A stretch of 19,500 bases of DNA from Bacteriovoracaceae bacterium (GTDB taxonomy: Bacteria; Bdellovibrionota; Bacteriovoracia; Bacteriovoracales; Bacteriovoracaceae). Where the stretch lies: NCBI GenBank assembly GCA_041586955.1, contig JBFGZE010000067.1, forward strand, positions 1-19,500. Reading direction: 5' to 3'. Below are positions 9,861 through 17,497 of this stretch, piece after piece (the first letter of the stretch is position 1; the number at the start of each line of letters is the position of its first letter). Position numbers and translations under genes: made by a program. The notes beneath the pieces are model-generated. The model worked only from the letters and a program-made list of their open reading frames with translations, ran no database searches and was not told the origin of the DNA.

Positions 9861-10601
9861 ATGCAGCATCGAACTAAGCCCAAGGGCGAAAAATTCTACC
9901 GGGGCGCCTATACGTATTTAAAAAATGGCTCTGTCTATTGCGAAGAAGAGTTTGAAGTTTTTAGAGACCATAGCGACCTCTCTTACCACTTTGTCGCCGA
10001 GCAACACAGCCGAGTTTCTACCGGTGAATTATTAACGGTGCATGTCGATTATATTATCTCTAAGGATTATATTCCCCAGAGCGTTTTTATCCAAAGGGTT
10101 CTGGGAAAGGAAATCGTTCACGAAATTTTTAAATTTGAGTCCCGTGATAATATCGTTAATTATACCTTTAAAAATGGTGATCAAAGCTTTTATGATGAAA
10201 TTCACGTTCAGCCTAAATTTTATATCTCCACACCAGTCACCTGCACCAGTCTCATCTTTCTCAAGTCAAAAAAAGAAGATGTGACCAGTAAAAACTATTA
10301 TCAAACGATTACTAGTTTTAACCAATGGTTTTACAGTCAATGCCCAACCCAAAAAACAATTATTGCTCAAAGAACGGGAACGGGTAGCGAAACAATGATG
10401 ATTGGAGGTAGCTCCTTACAAGGTATTGCTTATAAAATCATAGAGGGCAATGACGGTAATGAAGATGAAATGGGCAATATTAACCCTCCTGCTCTGAGAT
10501 TTTTTTCCAGTAAGTATGTCACTATCCCCTATCGCCTCGATACTGAAGATGGTATCCGCATTCAGATTAAATATCTCAACAATCTCGATAAAGAGTCCTA
10601 A
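9861..10601 (+). CDS. Hypothetical protein, predicted beta-rich and cytoplasmic
   Basis: 246-aa ORF filling the gap between two minus-strand genes. No signal peptide or TM segment. Its stop overlaps the convergent dinG stop by 4 nt. Confidence 0.8.
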   Translation: MQHRTKPKGEKFYRGAYTYLKNGSVYCEEEFEVFRDHSDLSYHFVAEQHSRVSTGELLTVHVDYIISKDYIPQSVFIQRVLGKEIVHEIFKFESRDNIVNYTFKNGDQSFYDEIHVQPKFYISTPVTCTSLIFLKSKKEDVTSKNYYQTITSFNQWFYSQCPTQKTIIAQRTGTGSETMMIGGSSLQGIAYKIIEGNDGNEDEMGNINPPALRFFSSKYVTIPYRLDTEDGIRIQIKYLNNLDKES

Positions 10602-13492
10602 ATAGGATGCTCTTGGATAAAGTCGACCACCTGCTTACAGGCGTCATCAAGAGGTCCCAAATTAATCTCATAGGGCTCCATTAAGCGACGTAATTTTTCA
10701 AGAGTATTGCCTTTCCAACGCCTTATACGGCGATCCACAATAATAACGCCTCCATGGTCACTTTCTGTCCGTAAGAGACGCCCTAGCTTTTGCTGTAAAG
10801 AACGAGTGCGATGAGCAAGATAATAATCAGTAAATTCATTGCCCAAATTGGAATCGTAGAATTGGCGTCTTTGGTTGATCACTAAGTCTTGGCGGAGGTC
10901 AGGAATTTTATCAATAAAAACGAATTGTAAGGCCTCTCCGGGAACGTCAATTCCCTCTCCAAAACTCTCCATTCCGAGCAAAATGCCCTCCCCATTATTC
11001 TTAAATTCTTCCACGACATTATTACCCATGCCTTGAATATAGAGAGGAATTTTGCCTTCAAACTCTTTTAAGAGTACTTCTCGCGCCACTTCAAAACGCT
11101 GTTTCGCAGAAAATAATAATAAGCTGCGCCCATTAAGCTTTTTAATCACTTCAAGAATTGGGTCCAAGGTTTGTGGTACGAAATTAGAGTCGTATAAGGG
11201 CAATGTATCATCACAAAGAAAAACTTTGGTCTTCTGGGAATAATCATAAACAGAAGGCAAGAAAAACCCTCTTTTAAAACGTCTTTCAGGATCAAGATAA
11301 CTATAACCAGTTGCCCACTCTACCCCTTTAACGCCTTGATCTCCGTTAGCATTACCAAGAGTTGCTGAGGTAAAAACCACTGAGGAAGAGGGTGATAATA
11401 ATTGATCATGAAGAATTCGACCGACATCAATGGGTGCACTTTGAATCAAAAGGCCATCCCGTTCATGATACTTTAAAGAGTGAGAATAACCCTCCTGCAA
11501 CTCTAATAATGATTTTAAGGTCATGACCATATCACTCAATTGCCCCATAAATTTATCAAGGCGGGTGCGAGCAATCACTTCCCCATCCTCACGGAATTCA
11601 CGGCCTTCAAGCTTGGTTAAAATAGGGACTAATAATTGTTCAAAATGAGACAGTACAAAATGTAAACTTTCCAAACTTTTAACAATCTTAAGGCCCAGTT
11701 CATCGGTCGCGTTTTTGGGGTTAATCATTGGAAGCTCATTCCAATATTTATCAGTATAACGGGGCATCTTTTTAAAGTAAGATTCCACCCATAGAGGTAA
11801 TTGATTTAAATGGTCACTAAGAATTTGTGAGGTTTTGATACTTTCATTGCGTAATTCATTGATAATTTCTGTGCTCTGCCCTTCGCTTTCTTCTACTTGT
11901 GCTAATAAATAAAAGAGTGAACCAATTCCCTGCAAATGTTGCATTTGTTTCGCCATTTGTTCCAAATCATGCTGAGCGATTTCCATGGTAAAGGCGCGGG
12001 TGGTTTCCTCTTCAATTTTATGGGCCTCATCAACCACAATATGGGCGGGGCGAGGAAAACCCTTTGGCCAAGAAAACATCAATGCATGATTACCAATAAT
12101 AATATGGGCATCCTTTGCCTCACGTAGACCGTTAATATAAGTACACTCTCCTTTAAAAGGACATTTAGCGCCTGTACACGATCGGAAATCAACTGCAATT
12201 TCCCCATCCTTGTCTTTAAATTTTGGCCATTTTGCTTTGAGAACATAGGGAAGATCATCGCGCAAGATCTGTCGTTCCCCAGTATTCTGGCCATTAGTAA
12301 AAAAGACCAAATCAAAATAAAAATCAGTTAATTTTTCCTCGAAAGAACGGGTTTCCAGCAGCAAATCCTCTTGCCCTTCCGTTTGCCTAAAAATTGACTC
12401 ACAAAGGTGATTATTTGAGCCGATCAAGCGCTTTACCCGTAATTGATCGGGACCAAGTCCTAAGAGGGAGCGCAATTGAGGCACGTCTTTAGAGATCGCC
12501 TGGTGCTGAAGAGTTTTGGTTCCCGTAGAAACGAGTACCTGCTTCCCTTCATCTATGGCAAATAATGAAGATGGTATTAAATAGCCTAAGGTTTTCCCTG
12601 TTCCGGTTGGTGCCTGAATAAGACTATGGACATTATTTTTAAATGATTGCCCTGTTCTTAGAGATAATTCTTGCTGAGCAGGACGCGCCTTATAATGAGG
12701 GAGGCGCTCTTTGATAATGTCCTCCTTTTCGAAAATCGATTTTATATTGGCGCCATTAAATTTAAGGTCGAATTGAGGATCATTAATACTTAAAGGAAGT
12801 TCCTCTTGCTGGTTTTGCAAATAATATTCAAGTGCTCCTTCAATATTAAAATTTACACTCAAGGCCAAGGCCTCTATTTCATCATCAGAGAGAAGATAAA
12901 ACTTCGCATACCACCAATCCTGCAATTGATATTTTTGAATAAGGTCAGTAAAAAGACCGCCGAAGGCAGGGTCCTTTTTACGCCAGGCGGTTGCTGCCAA
13001 GAGGACCTTTAGTAAATCCACCGAGTCCTCAAAACCCCTATGCACTTCACTTTCACGGATATTAAAATCCTGAATCAGGCCTTCCAACTTAAGACTGCTA
13101 CGACCGGGAAAGAGAAGAGCTAAATAAAAAAGACTGTCTTCATAGGATTCTTTTTCACCGCCCGTGCCAAGATCTGTAAAATAAGGGGAGAGAAAAGATT
13201 CTTCAAAAGCAGCATTGTGGGCCAAAAGATGATGCCCCTCCAATTCCAATAATTCCGGCTCAACGAGGGTCCAAAGAGGCGCATTTTTGGCCTGATCCTG
13301 ACTAATTCCCGTCAGTTTCTGAATAAATTGTGATAATTCCCCATCATAACGAACAAGTGATTGGTATTTTTTAACGCACACCGCACCTTCATAAACAAGA
13401 AAACCAATATCTATAATTTTGTCATAGGAAGGATCAATGCCCGATGTTTCGATATCAATGACGGCCCATTTGCCTAAGGTTAAATTCTCCAT
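10598..13492 (-). CDS. dinG: DinG/XPD-family SF2 helicase with N-terminal DEDDh 3'-5' exonuclease domain
   Basis: Exonuclease motifs VIDIETSG, AHNAAFE and HRGFED. Helicase Q-motif RPAQ, Walker A APTGTGKT, DEAH, TSATL, EGIDVPG and QKLGRLLR. Cys pattern HLC...SCTGAKCPFKGEC. RBS GAGGA. Confidence 0.93.
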   Translation of the reverse strand: MENLTLGKWAVIDIETSGIDPSYDKIIDIGFLVYEGAVCVKKYQSLVRYDGELSQFIQKLTGISQDQAKNAPLWTLVEPELLELEGHHLLAHNAAFEESFLSPYFTDLGTGGEKESYEDSLFYLALLFPGRSSLKLEGLIQDFNIRESEVHRGFEDSVDLLKVLLAATAWRKKDPAFGGLFTDLIQKYQLQDWWYAKFYLLSDDEIEALALSVNFNIEGALEYYLQNQQEELPLSINDPQFDLKFNGANIKSIFEKEDIIKERLPHYKARPAQQELSLRTGQSFKNNVHSLIQAPTGTGKTLGYLIPSSLFAIDEGKQVLVSTGTKTLQHQAISKDVPQLRSLLGLGPDQLRVKRLIGSNNHLCESIFRQTEGQEDLLLETRSFEEKLTDFYFDLVFFTNGQNTGERQILRDDLPYVLKAKWPKFKDKDGEIAVDFRSCTGAKCPFKGECTYINGLREAKDAHIIIGNHALMFSWPKGFPRPAHIVVDEAHKIEEETTRAFTMEIAQHDLEQMAKQMQHLQGIGSLFYLLAQVEESEGQSTEIINELRNESIKTSQILSDHLNQLPLWVESYFKKMPRYTDKYWNELPMINPKNATDELGLKIVKSLESLHFVLSHFEQLLVPILTKLEGREFREDGEVIARTRLDKFMGQLSDMVMTLKSLLELQEGYSHSLKYHERDGLLIQSAPIDVGRILHDQLLSPSSSVVFTSATLGNANGDQGVKGVEWATGYSYLDPERRFKRGFFLPSVYDYSQKTKVFLCDDTLPLYDSNFVPQTLDPILEVIKKLNGRSLLLFSAKQRFEVAREVLLKEFEGKIPLYIQGMGNNVVEEFKNNGEGILLGMESFGEGIDVPGEALQFVFIDKIPDLRQDLVINQRRQFYDSNLGNEFTDYYLAHRTRSLQQKLGRLLRTESDHGGVIIVDRRIRRWKGNTLEKLRRLMEPYEINLGPLDDACKQVVDFIQEHPI

Positions 13493-13591
13493 CTATTCCT
13501 CATTTTAATCAAGTTTTCTCTATAAATTGAATGTCCCTATTGTAGACCTTGTTAAAATTCATTATAAATAAGTTTTCGACAAGGACTACTA

Positions 13592-13978
13592 ATGACTTCA
13601 GCTTTTCTGTTTCAAATCCAATCGGCACTCATTGTGCTTTTAATATCATTTGGAGTTTATAAGAGAAGAAAGCGTCAAGTCCATGTCAAAGTAATGGGGA
13701 TAAGTATTATTTGGGATATCCTCCTGATTTTACAAATCGAATTAAACCGTGGCGCCATAGCGAAGGCCTCCCAAGCGATTCACAACACGATGTGGCTAAA
13801 CATTCATGTCAGCATTGCTGTCACCACAGTTTTCCTTTACTTTGGTATGATCTATACTGGTCGCAGATTATTAAAGGGTGATAATCTGATTCGCCCTATG
13901 CATAAAAAATTGGGTTGGACCACTTATGGCATGAGAATACTTACCCTTATCACTAGTTTTGTGGCCGTCGCGGCTTAG
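13592..13978 (+). CDS. DUF420-like membrane protein
   Basis: Four hydrophobic helices with His residues in QVHVKVM, LNIHVSIA and PMHKKLG, the pattern of DUF420 proteins. RBS AAGGA. Confidence 0.7.
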   Translation: MTSAFLFQIQSALIVLLISFGVYKRRKRQVHVKVMGISIIWDILLILQIELNRGAIAKASQAIHNTMWLNIHVSIAVTTVFLYFGMIYTGRRLLKGDNLIRPMHKKLGWTTYGMRILTLITSFVAVAA

Positions 13979-13987
13979 AGGATAATA

Positions 13988-14242
13988 ATGGAATTTGAAA
14001 TTGTAAAAACTTTAATTCAAGAAATACTAACAGATGCGGATGTTAAGGTACATGACCTAACTGGCACTAAAGACCATTTAGGGATTATGATTATTTCTGA
14101 TGCCTTTATTGGGAAAAAGCTTCTAGAACAACACCGCATGGTGATGGATATTCTCAAAGAAAAAATTGGGGCGAATGAAATTCACGCGGTCCAATTAAAA
14201 ACGTTAACAAAAGAAAAGGCAAAAACCCAAGGCCTACTCTAA
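13988..14242 (+). CDS. bolA: BolA/IbaG family protein
   Basis: DLTGTKDHL.I.IISDAFIGK.LLEQHRMV and EIHAVQLKT motifs, adjacent to the Grx4 gene. RBS GAGGA. Confidence 0.93.
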   Translation: MEFEIVKTLIQEILTDADVKVHDLTGTKDHLGIMIISDAFIGKKLLEQHRMVMDILKEKIGANEIHAVQLKTLTKEKAKTQGLL

Positions 14243-14258
14243 CTTTTAGGAGTTTATT

Positions 14259-14648
14259 ATGAGTGACAACCCATTTAATATTTTAGGTAGTGAAAGCGCG
14301 ACCCCAATTGGTGGCGAACCTGTCATCGAAACAAATAAAAACCTCGATCTCAATGAGCGAATCAAAGGGCTTATTAACTCCAATGATGTCTTCCTTTTTA
14401 TGAAAGGCACACCCCAAGCACCAATGTGTGGCTTTAGTGCAAATGTTATCGCCATCCTTAATAGTATGAAAATCAATTTCAAAACATTTGATATTCTTTC
14501 AGATATGGATATTCGCCAAGGTGTTAAAACTTATTCCAATTGGCCAACTTTTCCCCAACTTTATGTTAAGGGAGAGCTGATAGGTGGTAATGATATTATT
14601 ACCGAGCTTTATCAAGCAGGCGAGCTTGCCGATACTCTCAACGGCTAA
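14259..14648 (+). CDS. grxD: Monothiol glutaredoxin (Grx4, CGFS type)
   Basis: [14 protein letters not shown] and [30 protein letters not shown]. Confidence 0.96.
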   Translation: MSDNPFNILGSESATPIGGEPVIETNKNLDLNERIKGLINSNDVFLFMKGTPQAPMCGFSANVIAILNSMKINFKTFDILSDMDIRQGVKTYSNWPTFPQLYVKGELIGGNDIITELYQAGELADTLNG

Positions 14649-14669
14649 AACCCGTTTACCTAAACATGT

Positions 14670-14698
14670 TTAAAGGGCCTCATCTCGAGGCCTTTTAA
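14670..14698 (+). terminator. Hairpin terminator after grxD
   Basis: TTAAAGGGCCTC-atctc-GAGGCCTTTTAA forms a 12-bp stem with one G-U pair. It includes a short T-tract and lies 21 bp after the stop. Confidence 0.7.
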
Positions 14699-14883
14699 GT
14701 ATAATTAAGAAATCTTAATAAGAATCGTTTAGTCATATCCCTAGACACCATCTATCATCTCAAATAGCTACATAAGTACATTCTTTGGGCCTTCGATGAA
14801 TTATTTATACTAACCGGTAGGGCACGCCATACCGCTGGTTAGTATTAAACAATATTTACAATAACAATAATAAGGACGATTAA

Positions 14884-16440
14884 TTGAAAGAAGTATCCAA
14901 TATTTGTTTTGATGCCCTTTTTTCCATTCTCGAGAATAGCGATATTGATGTTCAAAGTTTTCTCGAGCAATTTCCCGATGCTCCACCGATTGAAGAATTG
15001 AGACGTCCCATGGGACGAACAGATTGGGAAATTTTTGTTCCCATGTTTAAAAAGATGTTTCATTTATTGGGTGAGGAGCAATGCCGTAAGGAAGTTGCTC
15101 GCTTTGTAGTTGACGCCGATGCCCTTCAAATAGTCAAAAATCTCAGTGCAGGCCTAGTCCATCCATGTTTGCCCTATTGGATTCAAGCAAAATTTGTGGG
15201 TAATTTCTTATTCCACACCATCGATTTTAAATACAAATATGTTCATGAATCTCAAATTAAAATGCAACTAAGGATAAAGGATGGCCATTCCAATTTAATG
15301 GAGTTCTTAATCTGTTATCAGAATGTCTTTTCCTATTTTCCTACTTTTATTAACCACCCAGAAGCTTTGGTCAAAATGGAGAAGGGAGAGCGAGAGGTCT
15401 TTTTTGATATCTACCTGCCAAAATCCAAATCCTTTATCTATCGCCTGCTCCAAGCAATTAAGAGCTTGCGCTTTTTAAATATACCCAACTCTCTAAACAG
15501 ACGAGTTCCCGCCATTGATCTATTAGAGGATTTAAAAAAAACCAATACTGAATTAGAAACACATCAATTGAAATTGGAGCGCTTAACCCAGGACCTCATC
15601 AAGAAACATGATGATTTAGAAAGTGCTTTAGAAGCATTAAAAAAAAATCAAATAAAACTCGAAGATGAGAAGAAACAAAAATCTTATCTTTTAAAAATTG
15701 TTTTACACGATATATCAAACCCCTTTTCCATCATGAATTTGCATTTAAATAAACTCAATACCAATATTACAGAAAAAAAAGATATTTCCCTTCAGGCCAT
15801 CGAGCGTATCAATAAAAATGCCAAGAGAATTAATCAAATTATTCAAACGGTAAAGACGCTTGATGCGAGTCAGGAAGAGAACTATTCAAAGATCAAAAAT
15901 TTGATCAATACTGAGGATTTCATTCTCGATATCAAGTCCCTCTTTTCTCATCAATTCCAAACGGCCGGCATTAGTTTCCAAGTTATCAATAATGTGCCAC
16001 CCACCATTGCCACTTATTGCAATCGTATTATTTTAAGAGATACGATTATAGGCAACCTTCTTACCAATGCCATTAAGTTTTCACCAATTGGAACAACGGT
16101 CTTTTTGATCATCAACTTTAATCAAGAATTGCAAGAAATTGAATTCAAAGTCATCGATCAAGGAATCGGAATTTCTTCTCATCGCTTAGATTCTATATTT
16201 GAAGTGTCAAAAAACAAGTCGACCATTGGCCTTCGTGGTGAAAAAGGCACTGGCTACGGGCTCGTTCTGATCAAAGAATTTGTTGAAAAATTCGATGGCC
16301 GAGTTGAAGTCTCATCTCCTCCACTCGTTGAGAATAATAAGATCAATCCTGACATTAACTTCAGTATCGGGACTGAATTTCGCATATATTTACCAGTTCA
16401 AAGCGAATCATTGAAAACACCTATGAGGCAATCGCTTTGA
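14884..16440 (+). CDS. Cytoplasmic sensor histidine kinase (HisKA + HATPase_c) with an unassigned N-terminal domain
   Basis: H-box VLHDISNPF, N-box NLLTNAIKFS, G1 DQGIGI, F-box SIFE and G2 GEKGTGYGL, with a coiled coil before the H-box. TTG start with RBS TAAGGA 7 nt upstream. No TM helix. Confidence 0.92.
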   Translation: MKEVSNICFDALFSILENSDIDVQSFLEQFPDAPPIEELRRPMGRTDWEIFVPMFKKMFHLLGEEQCRKEVARFVVDADALQIVKNLSAGLVHPCLPYWIQAKFVGNFLFHTIDFKYKYVHESQIKMQLRIKDGHSNLMEFLICYQNVFSYFPTFINHPEALVKMEKGEREVFFDIYLPKSKSFIYRLLQAIKSLRFLNIPNSLNRRVPAIDLLEDLKKTNTELETHQLKLERLTQDLIKKHDDLESALEALKKNQIKLEDEKKQKSYLLKIVLHDISNPFSIMNLHLNKLNTNITEKKDISLQAIERINKNAKRINQIIQTVKTLDASQEENYSKIKNLINTEDFILDIKSLFSHQFQTAGISFQVINNVPPTIATYCNRIILRDTIIGNLLTNAIKFSPIGTTVFLIINFNQELQEIEFKVIDQGIGISSHRLDSIFEVSKNKSTIGLRGEKGTGYGLVLIKEFVEKFDGRVEVSSPPLVENNKINPDINFSIGTEFRIYLPVQSESLKTPMRQSL

Positions 16441-16640
16441 GATTCGGTCTCTTTTCAATTTTTCTTTTTATTTTGGTCAATAGATTCATATCAAGCTCAC
16501 AACCGAAGCATTTTGATGGCGATAAATAATCCGTGGAATTAAAAACTGCATTTGTACCCGTAAAATATAATTGTAGATCGTCAACTTGGCATAAAGCTAG
16601 AGGAATCTCCGCTTTAAACGTCTACTCAGAAGACCAAGGG

Positions 16641-16668
16641 AAAATGCGCCAATTATCGAAACTGGCGC
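16641..16668 (-). terminator. Probable terminator after yebC
   Basis: Minus-strand RNA GCGCCAGUU-UCGAU-AAUUGGCGC (9-bp stem, one G-U pair) followed by AUUUU, 12 bp after the stop. Confidence 0.6.
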
Positions 16669-16680
16669 CCTCATTTAGAA

Positions 16681-17418
16681 TTAACTCATAAAGGATTCAT
16701 CAAATTCAACATTATGATAAACATTTTGAACGTCTTCATCATCTTCCAAAAGATCGATTAGTTTCATAAAGGTTGGGTAGGCCTGCTCGCTGATCTCTTT
16801 ATAGGTTGTGGGTACTCTCTTTAGCCCGGCATCAATTGACTCTAAATTGAGTTCCTGGATTTTCTTTGAGGCGCTGCCAAAGTTTTCCATTGCCGTAATG
16901 ACTGTCACCATGCCATCTTCAACCTCAACGTCCTCTGCTCCCGCATCGATCATTTCCATTGTAAATTCATCTTCATCTTCAATATCTTCTGCATTAAAAG
17001 TAAAGATACCTTTGCGGTCAAAAATAAATTGTAAGCAGCCATCCTTCCCAAGACTACCATTGTTTTTGTTAAAATAACTTCTAACATTGGCCACTGAACG
17101 AGTATTATTGTCAGTCGCACACTCGACGAAAATGGCCACACCATCTGGCCCATAACCTTCAAATGTCGTTTCAACGAAATTTTCGGCACCTTCACCACTG
17201 GCCTTCTTAATGGCACGTTCAACATTATCTTTAGGCATATTCTGGGACTTGGCATTTTGAATGGCCAAGCGTAATCGAGGATTACATTCAGGATCAACGC
17301 CACCAGTTTTCACAGCAACAGAAATCTCCTTCACTAATTTAGAATAAATCTTTCCTCTTTTAGCATCTTGCGCACCTTTGCGGTGTCTGATATTCGCCCA
17401 CTTACTATGACCGGCCAT
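16681..17418 (-). CDS. yebC: YebC/PmpR (TACO1) family protein
   Basis: MAGHSKWANIRHRKGAQDAKRGK, NPRLR, NMPKDNVERAI, EGYGPDGVA, TDNNTRS and EDDEDVQNVYHN. Start at 17418 with RBS AAGGAG. Confidence 0.97.
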   Translation of the reverse strand: MAGHSKWANIRHRKGAQDAKRGKIYSKLVKEISVAVKTGGVDPECNPRLRLAIQNAKSQNMPKDNVERAIKKASGEGAENFVETTFEGYGPDGVAIFVECATDNNTRSVANVRSYFNKNNGSLGKDGCLQFIFDRKGIFTFNAEDIEDEDEFTMEMIDAGAEDVEVEDGMVTVITAMENFGSASKKIQELNLESIDAGLKRVPTTYKEISEQAYPTFMKLIDLLEDDEDVQNVYHNVEFDESFMS

Positions 17419-17497
17419 TTCTACTCCTTCCAAATATTGACAAAATTTTAAGCATTGTTTTTACCGCCTACAGTGAGAGAGATCACGACTCAACGCC

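Noticed and set aside
10598..13492. CasDinG of a type IV CRISPR system or a defence helicase
   Set aside because: No csf/cas genes or array are present, the context is housekeeping, and the architecture fits chromosomal exonuclease-DinG.
14790..14850. c-di-GMP-II riboswitch (GATGAA...GGGCAC...TTAGTA resemblance)
   Set aside because: The downstream GTGCAACC pseudoknot partner is missing. It is retained only as an unexplained hairpin.
15534..15780. A8-A9 homopolymers in the kinase as phase-variation tracts
   Set aside because: They are short, in frame, and expected from Lys codons in AT-rich DNA.
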